This document shows, piece by piece, positions 37,983-47,789 of a stretch of 64,000 nt of DNA. This DNA comes from an uncultured delta proteobacterium (GTDB lineage Bacteria > Desulfobacterota > Binatia > Binatales > Binataceae), in NCBI GenBank assembly GCA_963808235.1, contig CAWEEQ010000004.1, forward strand, positions 3,552,001-3,616,000, in the 5' to 3' direction. The notes beneath the pieces are model-generated. The model did not search any database. It had not been told where the DNA came from and saw only the letters and a program-made list of their open reading frames with translations. Both the position numbers and the translations under genes were made by a program. How positions within the stretch are numbered: the stretch's first letter is position 1; every line of letters starts with the position of its first letter.

Positions 37983-39113
37983 ATGAATCAGCGTAGCGCA
38001 AGACTGTCGGGCCGGATTGCGATGCCCGATGGTTCGCTGCTGCACGGTCATCTCGACTTCACCGATCGAATCACTTCGCTCCAGCCCTCGTCCGCTGTCG
38101 GCGACGATTACATACTGCCCGGTTTCATCGATCTCCAGGTCAATGGCTCGCATGGAATCGACGTGATGACCGCGACGCCCGACAGTCTCCAAGCCCTCGC
38201 CCGCCAACTCGCGCGCGAAGGCACCACCGCATGGCTGCCGACCGCGGTTACCGCCCCAATCGAAAAAATCTCGCGCGTGCATCGCTCGATCTCTGACGCG
38301 ATGAAAGTTTCTTCGCCCGATTCCTCCCGCGGCTACGCGTCGATTCTCGGGATGCATCTCGAAGGCCCGTTTATCTCACCGCTCCGCCTGGGCGCTCATC
38401 CTCCGCTCAATCTCGAACCGCGCGGCGAAGCTCTCGACGCGATCCTCGGTATGGATTCTCTTCGACTGATAACCCTGGCGCCCGAGTTAGCAGGCGCGAT
38501 CGCCGCGATCGATCGCCTCACCTCGCGCGGCGTGGTCGTCTCTATCGGTCACACCAACGCAACTCTCGAGGAAGCGAACGCCGGCATCGCCGCCGGCGCC
38601 CGGATGTTCACCCACCTCTTCAATGCGATGCGCCCGCTGAATCATCGCGATCCCGGCGTCATCGCCGCGTCCCTCGCGCCCAGCCGCGCGCTTGCCGCGA
38701 TCATTCCCGACGGAGTCCACGTCCATCCGTCGATTCTCGATCTCGCATTTCGCGCCCGCGGCAGAGACGGGATGCTCCTCGTTACCGATAAGGTCGTCCT
38801 CGCCGGCACCGCGAATCGATCTGATCTCAGCGTCGGCCGCGCGACCGCGTCGATCCGCGACGGCGCCGTGCGACTCGCCGACGGCACGCTCGCCGGCAGC
38901 ATCATCTCGATGCTCGACGGCGTCCGCCTGATGGTCGAAAAGACCAGCGCCACCGTTGGCGACGCGGCCGTGATGGCCTCCACCAATCCCGCGATCCTGC
39001 TCGGCGCCTCCGATCGCGGCCGCCTCCAGCAGGACGCACGCGCCGATTTGATCGTGCTCACCCCGGCGCTAGAGTTGAAATCGGTATTCATAGCCGGCCG
39101 CGAGCTCGTCTGA
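37983..39113 (+). CDS. nagA: N-acetylglucosamine-6-phosphate deacetylase
   Basis: PGFIDLQVNG, GMHLEGPFIS, TLAPE, SIGHTNA, THLFNAM, DGVHVHP, LVTD, GTLAGS. Confidence 0.95.
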   Translation: MNQRSARLSGRIAMPDGSLLHGHLDFTDRITSLQPSSAVGDDYILPGFIDLQVNGSHGIDVMTATPDSLQALARQLAREGTTAWLPTAVTAPIEKISRVHRSISDAMKVSSPDSSRGYASILGMHLEGPFISPLRLGAHPPLNLEPRGEALDAILGMDSLRLITLAPELAGAIAAIDRLTSRGVVVSIGHTNATLEEANAGIAAGARMFTHLFNAMRPLNHRDPGVIAASLAPSRALAAIIPDGVHVHPSILDLAFRARGRDGMLLVTDKVVLAGTANRSDLSVGRATASIRDGAVRLADGTLAGSIISMLDGVRLMVEKTSATVGDAAVMASTNPAILLGASDRGRLQQDARADLIVLTPALELKSVFIAGRELV

Positions 39114-39169
39114 ACACCCTCTGCCAGCGTGTTAAAAAACACAGAACAAATGCGACCTGTACGATTGTT

Positions 39170-39205
39170 CCCCTTCCCTCAAGGGAAGGGGTTAGGGGTT
39201 AGGTT
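39170..39205 (+). repeat. Hairpin repeat family D (REP-like or terminator-like)
   Basis: CCCCTTCCC-TCAA-GGGAAGGGG-TTAGGGGTTAGG; related to 36354-36374, 36544-36587, 40175-40229 and 63922-63958. Confidence 0.55.
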
Positions 39206-39282
39206 AGCGTACCGCAGTCGAAAATTATTTCTCGCACAACAAAAGTGAAAGCCAAAATTCAACCACTTCGGAGCACTAATCG

Positions 39283-40134
39283 ATGCCACTGAACAAATCT
39301 TGCGTGGGCAAGGAGTACCCGCCCGTCACCACCGAAGTCACTCTCGACGCGATTCAGAAATACGCGCGCGCCTACAACGACGACAACCCAGCTTTCTTCG
39401 ACGCGACCCGCGCCGGCGCTATCGTCGCGCCCCCGATGTTCGCCGTCGTCGTAACCTGGAACGCCCTGATGACCGCCGTCATGGATCCCAACGTGCAAGC
39501 CGATTTGCTGCGCCTCGTACACGGCGAACAAGACATGGAATTCTTGAGCCCGATTCGTCCCGGCGATGTCATCAGCGCAGCCGCAAAGATCATCTCGATC
39601 GAGACCAAGGCGAGCGGCGAGACGATGACCGTCGAGCTCGTCGCGACCAATCAGAAGGGCCAGCGCGTCAATAAAACTCTCTTCAGTGCCTTCATCAGAG
39701 GCGGCCGCAACCGTGACGCGGCTGCTGCCGAACGCGTCGTCGAGCCCGCGCGCGGAGAACCCGACTTCACCGTCGAGCAAACTATCGACAAAGATCAGAC
39801 GTATCGCTATGCCGAGGCGTCCGGCGATCGCAATCCCATCCACGTCGATGAGAACATCGCAAAGATGGCCGGCCTCCCGGGTATCATCGTGCACGGACTC
39901 TGCACGATGGCCTTCACGTCGAAGGTCGCTATCGACAAGCTATGCAACGGCGACCCGACCCGGCTGAAGCACTTGCGCGTGCGCTTCTCGCGCCCCGTGC
40001 TCCCCGGTCAAACGATCACCACCAAAGTCTGGCACGACGCCGACAAATCAGGACGCAAGGTGTTCGCCTTCGAAACCTTCAATCCCAGCGGCCAGGCCGT
40101 AATCAAGGCCGGCCTCGCCGAGATATCATCGTAG
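39283..40134 (+). CDS. Double hot-dog MaoC family (R)-hydratase/dehydratase
   Basis: LVHGEQDMEF; YAEASGDRNPIHVD..AGLPGIIVHGLCT; VRFSRPVLPG. Confidence 0.92.
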   Translation: MPLNKSCVGKEYPPVTTEVTLDAIQKYARAYNDDNPAFFDATRAGAIVAPPMFAVVVTWNALMTAVMDPNVQADLLRLVHGEQDMEFLSPIRPGDVISAAAKIISIETKASGETMTVELVATNQKGQRVNKTLFSAFIRGGRNRDAAAAERVVEPARGEPDFTVEQTIDKDQTYRYAEASGDRNPIHVDENIAKMAGLPGIIVHGLCTMAFTSKVAIDKLCNGDPTRLKHLRVRFSRPVLPGQTITTKVWHDADKSGRKVFAFETFNPSGQAVIKAGLAEISS

Positions 40135-40174
40135 TCGCGAGATATCATCGTAGTGGAATGATTGCTGGAATTTT

Positions 40175-40229
40175 GCCTCTCCCTGACAGGGAGAGGTCAC
40201 GACTTGTCTTCAAGGCGCGGGTGAGGGTC
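40175..40229 (+). repeat. Hairpin repeat family D
   Basis: CCTCTCCC-TGACA-GGGAGAGG...GCGGGTGAGGGTC. Confidence 0.6.
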
Positions 40230-40258
40230 CGAATTCCAAAATCCTACTCGCTGAAAAG

Positions 40259-41539
40259 ATGAAGATCACCATCGGCCTCTCGCTTTCCCTCAGCGGCGAA
40301 TACGCCGCGATGGGACTCGACGCCGAAGCCGCCATCCGCCTGTTCATCGCCGACGCGAACGCCAGCAACGCACTTCGCGTCGGCGGCGAGCGATGCGAAT
40401 TCGCGCTCGAATGCCACGACGACGCGAGCGATCCTGCGCGATGCGCCGACATCTATCGCTCGCTATGCTCCGACGCCCGCGCCGCCATCATCTTCAGCCC
40501 CTACTCAAGCCGCCTCGCGCGCGTCGCCGCACCCATCGTCGAGGATCGCGGCCGCCTCTTCGTCAATCACGGCGGCGCCGACGACGAACTCTACGCACGC
40601 GGCTACAGGCTAATCGTCGGAATACTCAGTCCCGCAAGTGACTATATGCGCGGATTCGTAAATCTGCTCAGCCAGCTCAAGCTATGGCGCAAGCGGGTCG
40701 CGATCGTCACCTCAAAATCCAGCTTCGCGCGCGCGGTCGCATCCGGCCTCGAGCGCGCCGCCGAGGAACGCACCGCGCGCCGCCGCGGCGTTCGCATCCG
40801 CGTGAAATGGAACGGCGCCTTCGATCCCGACGCCACCTCACGCCAACTGTTCCCGGCTCTCGTGCGCAACCGCGTCAACGCACTCGCCAGCGCGGGCAGT
40901 TATGAACACGACCTCCGCGTGATCCGCGCGATCGCCTCATCAACCCTCGATATCCCGGTTCTCGGATGCGTCGCGGCAGGCGTGCGCCGATTCGGGATGG
41001 ATCTGGGCGAAATCGCCGAAGGAATCGTCGGCCCCTCGCAATGGGAAAGCAGCATCGGAGAAAACCTCGATGCCGTTCCCGCGCTGGGACCCACGCCAAA
41101 CGAATTTGTCCGCCGGATGCGCAATGCCGGCGCCAACGAACCCCCAGATTATCCGAGCGCGCAAATCTATGCCGCCGGCCTGCTCACCGCCGCCGCGCTC
41201 GCGTCCGCCGCGAGTCTCGACGCTAACCAGCTCCGCGCCGCATTTTCCGATCTGCGCACGACCACCATGTTCGGCGATTTCTCGATCGATCGCGTCACTG
41301 GCCGCCAGGTCGGCCACAATATGCTGCTCGTGCAATGGCATCGCGGGCGCAAAGTGATCATCCAGCCCGAGTCGCACATCGATACCGGTTCGCTCGATTT
41401 TCCTTCCGGATGGCAGTTGCTGCTTGCGGGCGCTGACCTCCTCCGCTTAAGTCGGCGTGACGAGTTCGATGAAACATCCGAAGAAACATCCAAAGACAAA
41501 AAAGAAGCTCGCGACAAAGACCAGGACGATCAAGATTAG
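40259..41539 (+). CDS. LivJ/AmiC-type amino-acid-binding protein without a signal peptide
   Basis: ITIGLSLSLSGEYA, DDASDP, FSPYSS, AEGIVGPSQW, TTMFGDFSID..GRQVGH..VQW. Confidence 0.85.
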   Translation: MKITIGLSLSLSGEYAAMGLDAEAAIRLFIADANASNALRVGGERCEFALECHDDASDPARCADIYRSLCSDARAAIIFSPYSSRLARVAAPIVEDRGRLFVNHGGADDELYARGYRLIVGILSPASDYMRGFVNLLSQLKLWRKRVAIVTSKSSFARAVASGLERAAEERTARRRGVRIRVKWNGAFDPDATSRQLFPALVRNRVNALASAGSYEHDLRVIRAIASSTLDIPVLGCVAAGVRRFGMDLGEIAEGIVGPSQWESSIGENLDAVPALGPTPNEFVRRMRNAGANEPPDYPSAQIYAAGLLTAAALASAASLDANQLRAAFSDLRTTTMFGDFSIDRVTGRQVGHNMLLVQWHRGRKVIIQPESHIDTGSLDFPSGWQLLLAGADLLRLSRRDEFDETSEETSKDKKEARDKDQDDQD

Positions 41540-42731
41540 CCTCGGCCGCCGCCGGCCCGTTCTCGCCATCGGCCTCATGTCCGGCACCTCGCACGACGGC
41601 GTGAGCGCCGCCCTCGTCGACATCGACGAAGCGTCCAGCCCGCCCGCGCGCGTTGTCGCCTTCCACACTTTTCCTTACCCGGCGCGCTTTCGCACCGAGC
41701 TGCTCGCGGCGTCCGCGGATCGGAAAGTCGGCGCGAGCGTTATCTCGACGCTCAACTTCGCGCTCGGCCGCGAGCTGGGTCGCGCCGCGCTCGGAATCGC
41801 GCGCCGCGCACGCATCCCACTTTCAGAAATCGCGTTCATCGGCTCCCATGGCCACACTTTTTTTCATCTGCCGCCGCGACGAGCGACACGCGGCCTGCTC
41901 GCCTCCACGATGCAACTCGGCGAATCCGCGATCATAGCCGCCGTGACCGGCATTCCCGTCGTCGCCGACTTCCGCCCGATGGACCTCGCGCTCGGCGGTG
42001 AAGGCGCTCCGCTCGCACCGCTCACGCATCTATGGCTTTTTGCCGATCGGAAACGCGGCCGCGTCGTGTTGAACATCGGCGGCATCGCCAACGTGACTCA
42101 CATTCCGCCGCGCGCGCGTCTCGGCGATCCTCATCTCATCGCTTTCGATACCGGCCCTGGAAACATGATGCTCGACGCGCTAGCCGCTGAAATCTCGAGC
42201 GGACGCGCCCGCATGGACCGCGACGGCCGCATCGCCGCGCGCGGCCACGTCAACCAGGCGCTGCTTTCCAAACTGATGCGACATCCCTACTTCAAGCGCC
42301 GCCCGCCAAAATCCACCGGCCGCGAGGAGTTCGGCGATGATCTCCTCGCGCGAATCGTCGCCCACGCCCGCCGCGCCAAAATCGACGACACTGACCTCCT
42401 CGCGACTCTGACCGCGCTCACCGCGCGCTCGATCGCCGACGCATGCAGTCGGTTCATCATCCCGCGCGGCCCTGTCGACCAGTTGCTAGTAACTGGCGGT
42501 GGCGCACGAAATCCCACCCTCATGCGAATGCTTGCCGCAGAGCTACTGACTATTGAAGTGACTACTGCCGATAGAGTCGGCGTAAACGGCGACGCGCTGG
42601 AAGCCGTCGCTTTCGCAATCCTCGGCTACCAGATGCTCCACGGCCGCCCGGGCAATATCCCGAGCGTCACCGGCGCCCGCGCCCCCGCAATCCTGGGCAA
42701 ACTAACCCTCCCCCCTTCGTCTAACCGGTGA
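41469..42731 (+). CDS. anmK: Anhydro-N-acetylmuramic acid kinase
   Basis: IGLMSGTSHDG, IGSHGHT, DFRPMDLALGGEGAPLAP, NIGGIAN, FDTGPGN, PKSTGREEF, EAVAFA, SVTGA; start uncertain. Confidence 0.95.
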   Translation: MKHPKKHPKTKKKLATKTRTIKISLGRRRPVLAIGLMSGTSHDGVSAALVDIDEASSPPARVVAFHTFPYPARFRTELLAASADRKVGASVISTLNFALGRELGRAALGIARRARIPLSEIAFIGSHGHTFFHLPPRRATRGLLASTMQLGESAIIAAVTGIPVVADFRPMDLALGGEGAPLAPLTHLWLFADRKRGRVVLNIGGIANVTHIPPRARLGDPHLIAFDTGPGNMMLDALAAEISSGRARMDRDGRIAARGHVNQALLSKLMRHPYFKRRPPKSTGREEFGDDLLARIVAHARRAKIDDTDLLATLTALTARSIADACSRFIIPRGPVDQLLVTGGGARNPTLMRMLAAELLTIEVTTADRVGVNGDALEAVAFAILGYQMLHGRPGNIPSVTGARAPAILGKLTLPPSSNR

Positions 42732-42765
42732 GGGCGATCAGATCGAGCCGAATGGCGGAACCTCG

Positions 42766-44175
42766 CTATTTCCCGATGCAGAAGTCGCGGAAGATCGCGT
42801 CGAGCACATCTTCCGAGCTGATCTCTCCGGTGATCGAGCCGAGCGCATCGGCTGCCGCTGAGATGTCCACCGCGACTACCTCCGGAGGCTGCGGTGCGAG
42901 CGCCGATGCGCGCGCGTTCCTGAGCGCTCCCAGTGCCGACGCGAGCGCATCGCGATGCCGCTCGCGCGAGATTATCACTTCGCGGTTGGATGCAACCGCC
43001 GGCTGGCCAACGACCAGGGCTTCGATAACCTTCGTCAGCTCAGCGCGCAGCACAGCAGCCTCGTCGAGTTGAATTGCCGAGAGCGGAATAATCGGCAACT
43101 CGAGACCGCACCTGCGCAGATCGGCGACAGTGGTGACCGCGGGCAGGTCGCGCTTGTTCAAAACCGCCAGGCCCGCGTGCCCTTTCGTGAATCGAATCAG
43201 CGCAAAATCTTCGGCTTCGAGCGAACGCGACGAATCGAACACCGCGATCAGCAGGTCGGCGTCGCGCGCCGCTTTCATCGTGCGTGCGATTCCTATTCGC
43301 TCGACCGTGTCGACGCTGTCCGAATCGGCGGCAGGGTCGCGGATGCCGGCGGTGTCGTTCAGCACTAGCGCGTAAGCCCCGAGATGCACCGAGTCTTCGA
43401 TCACATCGCGAGTCGTGCCGGCGATCGGTGTCACGATCGCGCGCTCGGCGCCGAGTATCAGGTTGAGCAGGCTCGATTTGCCGGCGTTGGTGCGCCCGAT
43501 GATCGTCGCGCGAACGCCGTCGCGCATCATGAGTCCGCGCGCAAAGCTGTCATGCAGCAGTTCGACCGCCTCAATCAAGCCATCGATCTCGGCGGCTATC
43601 TCCGCGCGCGACGGGAGCCTGATGTCTTCGTCGGAGAAATCGATTTCCACTTCCAGATGCGCCCGAATCGCGATCACCTCTCCGCGAAGCTCGGCGACCC
43701 GATCCGACAGCGCGCCCGCTAGATGCGAAAGCGCCTGCGCGAGAGCGGTTTCGCTCCGCGCCGAGACCAGGTCGGCGATTGCCTCGGCCTCGGCAAGATC
43801 GATTCGCCCGTTCAGAAACGCGCGGCGGGTAAATTCCCCCGGATCGGCAAGCCGCGCTCCCAATCCCGTCGCCAGCGCGACGATGCGCCGTACGATAAAC
43901 GCTCCGCCGTGGCATTGAAGCTCAACAACGTCCTCGCCGGTGAGACTGTGCGGAATGCGCATCGCAACTGCGAGCGCCCGATCGACCGACGCGCCAGTTG
44001 CGGGATCGACAATGTCGCCAAGCCGGAGCATCCGCGGGATAAGTTCGCCGGGATGCGCGGGGCGAAAAATCGCTCCAAGGATTTCGAACGCGCGCGGACC
44101 CGATATGCGCACGATCGCAACGGCCCCAGTCCCCGGCGCCGTAGCAGGCGCGACGATCGTGTCAGCAACGTACAT
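42766..44175 (-). CDS. mnmE: tRNA modification GTPase MnmE
   Basis: DTIVAPAT, GEDVVELQCHGG, GEFTRRAFLNG, GRTNAGKSSLLN, GTTRD, DTAG, NKRD, C-terminal FCIGK. Confidence 0.97.
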   Translation of the reverse strand: MYVADTIVAPATAPGTGAVAIVRISGPRAFEILGAIFRPAHPGELIPRMLRLGDIVDPATGASVDRALAVAMRIPHSLTGEDVVELQCHGGAFIVRRIVALATGLGARLADPGEFTRRAFLNGRIDLAEAEAIADLVSARSETALAQALSHLAGALSDRVAELRGEVIAIRAHLEVEIDFSDEDIRLPSRAEIAAEIDGLIEAVELLHDSFARGLMMRDGVRATIIGRTNAGKSSLLNLILGAERAIVTPIAGTTRDVIEDSVHLGAYALVLNDTAGIRDPAADSDSVDTVERIGIARTMKAARDADLLIAVFDSSRSLEAEDFALIRFTKGHAGLAVLNKRDLPAVTTVADLRRCGLELPIIPLSAIQLDEAAVLRAELTKVIEALVVGQPAVASNREVIISRERHRDALASALGALRNARASALAPQPPEVVAVDISAAADALGSITGEISSEDVLDAIFRDFCIGK

Positions 44176-44278
44176 CGGAGATAAAAGCTAGCATCGCAAC
44201 GCGTCCGAGCGTCAGCGCGCAAGCAATATCGTTGTGATCACTTGCGCAGGTGCCGGAATACGGCGATAAGCGATCCTG

Positions 44279-44545
44279 ATGAAGCTCACAAATGCGGCTG
44301 CGGCGCTATTGGCCGGATGGATTCTCCTCGCCCCCTCGATCGACTGCGCCCGGCGCGGCTTGGAGAAGGAAACGCCGCTCTCCGAATGGGAGAACGTCGA
44401 TACTTTCGGCTCTCAGCAGAGCTGCGAAGATTACCGGTCCACGGTGATCGAAACCGAAAAGAACGAACAGGCCAATGTCTACGTTGAACGCTACTCGTTC
44501 TCGATTTGCGTCCAGGACGACGACCCCCGACTCAAGCGCAACTAG
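44279..44545 (+). CDS. Small secreted hypothetical protein
   Basis: N-terminal hydrophobic stretch; PLSEW..F.S..C and C-terminal CVQDDDPRLK. Confidence 0.7.
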   Translation: MKLTNAAAALLAGWILLAPSIDCARRGLEKETPLSEWENVDTFGSQQSCEDYRSTVIETEKNEQANVYVERYSFSICVQDDDPRLKRN

Positions 44546-44548
44546 CCG

Positions 44549-45130
44549 CTAGGCGACGATCCGATCCGAGAAACCGCTCACGTCGTAGGTCATCACCAGC
44601 AGATCGCGCGAGCGCCCGCGCCGATCTTCCACCCAATCAGAGAGCACCGCCTCCACCTGGAAACCCAGGTGCTCGAAGGCAGCGCGCGCCCGGGTCTGCT
44701 CCGTGGTCATCTGCGCGGTGATCTTTTTGAGCCCGAGCGATCGCGCGAGGTCGAAAATTTCCGCGACCAGCCTGCGCCCCAGGCCGGCGCTGCGAAAGCG
44801 CGAGGACGTGATGATGCGGATTTCGCCGACTCGCCGCGTCCATCGCGCCTGCTCCAGGTGAACACTCGCGTACGCGGCCAAATCGCCGTCGACCTCCGCG
44901 AGCAACGTGATGGTGTGTCCGGCTTTGATTGCGTCGGCCCATTGCTTGACCACGGCGCGGTCGGTGATGTCGGTGCGCAGGAAGAGCAAATCGTCCGCGG
45001 GCAGCGCCTTCGCAAATTCTATGATCGCGTCAACGTCCTTCGGCTCCATCAGGCGGATCGTCGCGCTCTTGCCGTCGCGCAGTTTTATCTGGATTGGATA
45101 GGGACGATTGGGTTTGATCTGCTCGGACAT
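44549..45130 (-). CDS. GNAT family N-acetyltransferase
   Basis: LRDGKSATIRLM, FRSAGLGRRL, FEHLGFQVEA..DL; GGAGGA RBS before ATG 45130. Confidence 0.88.
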   Translation of the reverse strand: MSEQIKPNRPYPIQIKLRDGKSATIRLMEPKDVDAIIEFAKALPADDLLFLRTDITDRAVVKQWADAIKAGHTITLLAEVDGDLAAYASVHLEQARWTRRVGEIRIITSSRFRSAGLGRRLVAEIFDLARSLGLKKITAQMTTEQTRARAAFEHLGFQVEAVLSDWVEDRRGRSRDLLVMTYDVSGFSDRIVA

Positions 45131-45458
45131 CGGGATCCTCCGCCGAAAATGTGCGCGATGCCTGGCGCTCCGTCGTCGCGACCGTTTAGCAACGATCACG
45201 AACAGGTAACATCAAGGCAACCGCGCAGTGCGCTATCCTTAGATCACCGGCCTCCGATCCGGCAAGCGGATCCGGGTGCCTGAAATTGGCTTGCCTTTGG
45301 GCGATGATGCCTGCCAAAGTTTGATTTCTGCGCAGTACGTCGCCGGGTCTATGTGCCTGTCGCGACGATGGCCGCGCACAGTCGAAAATCGAAAACCTCA
45401 CGAAAAATGTGAAATGGCCGCAAGGGCTGGGTCCTTGCACGTTCTGAGGTGATCTAAG

Positions 45459-47000
45459 ATGGCAGAAAATTCGGTAAATCCCCCCGCATCCGGTTATCGG
45501 CTCTCGACCCAGGACGCGACCTTTATCTACGGCGAGTCGCAAAACGGGCCGCTGCATATCGGGTCGATCGGGATTTTCGAGGGCCGCGTGGACTTCCACG
45601 CCCTGCTCGGGCACTTCGAGGAACGAATCCATCTGGTCCCGCGCTACCGCCAGCGCCTGATCCAGGTGCCGCTCAACGTAGCGCACGCCATGATGGAAGA
45701 CGACCCGGAATTCTCGATGGACAACCACGTCTTTCGCCATGAACTCGACGACGGGTTGAGCGAGACCGATGCGATCGCCGAGATGATGGAGATCTATCAG
45801 ACCCCGCTCGAACGAACTCATCCGCTCTGGCAACTCCATGTCTTTGAAAATCTGGAAGGTAATCGCACCGCGCTCGTCTGGAAGGTGCATCATTGCCTCG
45901 TTGATGGGGTCTCCGGGGTCGAGTTGCTCAAGGTGATGTACGATTTTCGCGCCGAGCCCGAAGATATACCGCCGCCGTCCGAACCGTGGGTCCCCGCGCG
46001 CCCGTCGAGTATCGTGCGCAGATTCGCGGAGGGAATTCGCGATCAGATTCAGACCACGGTCAACTCGACTATCAACGCCGCCGTCGAGATGGCGGAGGAG
46101 CCGTCCAGGGTGGCGGAGCGCGCCCGGCAGCTCGGCGAGGCCACCCGCCTGATGACCGAGCTGGTGACGCGGCGAATCGTCGCGACGCCATGGAACTCAA
46201 CGCCGATCGGGCAGGAAAGGATCGTTGCCTGGAGTAAGCAATCGTTTGCAGACTTTCGGGCCATACGCACCGCCTTCGGCGGATCGGTAAATGATGTCGT
46301 ACTGGCTATGTTGACCGAGGGCGCCGCGCGCTACTTGAACCATCATGGGTACGCCGTCGAAGGTCAGCAACTATGTATCGGATGCCCGGTGAACGTGCGG
46401 CATAAGGATGAGCGGCACTCGCTCGGTAACCGCGTCTCGATGATGTTCCCGACTGCCCCCGCCGAGCCGATGGACATCGTCGAACGGCTGAGGCTGATCC
46501 ACGATGAGACCGAACGCATCAAGGCTGCGGGCTCGGCGCAGGCTCTGGAAGCCATGATGACGCTTGGCGACGCGGTTCCACCGGCTATGATTGGTCCAGC
46601 TGCGCGCGTGGCGACCACGATGCTCGACACCGCGGGCAGGTTCGCGGAGTGGACAGGATGGAAGCCACGGCCGGGCGGCTTTGGGCTGCCCGCGACGGGA
46701 ATAAATTTTATCGCGACTAACGTGCCGGGAGTCCAGGTCCAGCAATATCTCAACGGCCACGTATGCCTCGAGATGGTGCCGCTGGTACCGCTCGCGGCGA
46801 CGATGGGCTACGGAGTAGCTATACTAAGTTACTATCGCAGTCTGTACTTCGGAATGATGGCGGAGCCGCGCGTGATGCCCGACGTCGCGCTGATGAAGGC
46901 GTTCGTGGACGACGCGTTCGCGGAACTGAAGCGCCGATGCGCGGAACTGTCGCCGCCAAGCGTCGAGCAGGAGCCTCGGCTGCAAAGCGTCAGCGCGTAG
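45459..47000 (+). CDS. Wax ester synthase / diacylglycerol acyltransferase (WS/DGAT)
   Basis: RLSTQDATF, KVHHCLVDGVSG catalytic motif, SVNDVVLA, PVNVR, GNRVS, TNVPG. Confidence 0.95.
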   Translation: MAENSVNPPASGYRLSTQDATFIYGESQNGPLHIGSIGIFEGRVDFHALLGHFEERIHLVPRYRQRLIQVPLNVAHAMMEDDPEFSMDNHVFRHELDDGLSETDAIAEMMEIYQTPLERTHPLWQLHVFENLEGNRTALVWKVHHCLVDGVSGVELLKVMYDFRAEPEDIPPPSEPWVPARPSSIVRRFAEGIRDQIQTTVNSTINAAVEMAEEPSRVAERARQLGEATRLMTELVTRRIVATPWNSTPIGQERIVAWSKQSFADFRAIRTAFGGSVNDVVLAMLTEGAARYLNHHGYAVEGQQLCIGCPVNVRHKDERHSLGNRVSMMFPTAPAEPMDIVERLRLIHDETERIKAAGSAQALEAMMTLGDAVPPAMIGPAARVATTMLDTAGRFAEWTGWKPRPGGFGLPATGINFIATNVPGVQVQQYLNGHVCLEMVPLVPLAATMGYGVAILSYYRSLYFGMMAEPRVMPDVALMKAFVDDAFAELKRRCAELSPPSVEQEPRLQSVSA

Positions 47001-47011
47001 GGAACTCACAC

Positions 47012-47593
47012 TTGAGCGCAGGGGCTGACCTGGTCAGGTGTCCGTGGGCGCGCAACGAGCGGTCGATTCGCTACCACGATGAGGAGTGGGGCGTTCCGGT
47101 GCATGACGAGCGGCGATGGTTCGAGTTTCTGACCCTCGAGGGCGCGCAGGCCGGACTTAGCTGGGACACCATCTTGCGCAAGCGCGAGAACTATCGAAGC
47201 GCGTTCGCCGGCTTCGATCCTGCCCGGGTTGCCAGGTTCAATGAGAAAAAGATTGCGCGCCTGCTCGCCGACACGGGAATCGTGCGCAATCGCTTGAAGA
47301 TCAATTCCGCGATCGGAAACGCGAAGGCGTTCCTCGCTGTTCAAAAAGAGTTCGGCAGCTTCGACGATTACATCTGGCGACACGTCGGCGGGAGGCCGCG
47401 AATCAACGCCTGGCACGCGCTCAAGCAGGTGCCCGCGCGGACCACCGAATCAGACGCGATGAGCAAGGACTTGATCGCGCGCGGATTCAAGTTCGTCGGC
47501 TCGACGATCTGCTACGCAATGATGCAAGCAACCGGCATGGTCAACGATCATCTAATCGATTGCGCCAGGTACAAGGCGGTATCGCGCGTATAG
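47012..47593 (+). CDS. tag: DNA-3-methyladenine glycosylase I
   Basis: RCPWA..YHDEEWGVP, LEGAQAGLSW, GIVRNRLKI, GFKFVGSTICYAMMQATGMVNDH..C. Confidence 0.95.
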   Translation: MSAGADLVRCPWARNERSIRYHDEEWGVPVHDERRWFEFLTLEGAQAGLSWDTILRKRENYRSAFAGFDPARVARFNEKKIARLLADTGIVRNRLKINSAIGNAKAFLAVQKEFGSFDDYIWRHVGGRPRINAWHALKQVPARTTESDAMSKDLIARGFKFVGSTICYAMMQATGMVNDHLIDCARYKAVSRV

Positions 47594-47641
47594 CGCAGAA
47601 GGAGAATAAGACAGGATCTCATTTTTTTCCCCTATCAAACA

Positions 47642-47747
47642 TCGAACAAGCGCGCAGCGACCGCATCTTCTCTTATTCCCTCGCTCAGGTGCAGGGGCTG
47701 GCCCCTGCCCAAGGAAGTTCGGAATCCCACGGTGGGTTTCAAATTGA
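47642..47747 (-). repeat. Structured repeat family A, diverged copy
   Basis: AACAAGCGCGCAGCGACCGCATCTT..GGTGCAGGGGCTGGCCCCTGCCCAAGGAAG..GGAATCCCACGGTGGGTTTCAAATTGA, colinear with 57141-57240. Confidence 0.7.
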
Positions 47748-47789
47748 GTCGAGCGTCTTCTCTTTATTCTCGCAGCGAAGAATCCGACT

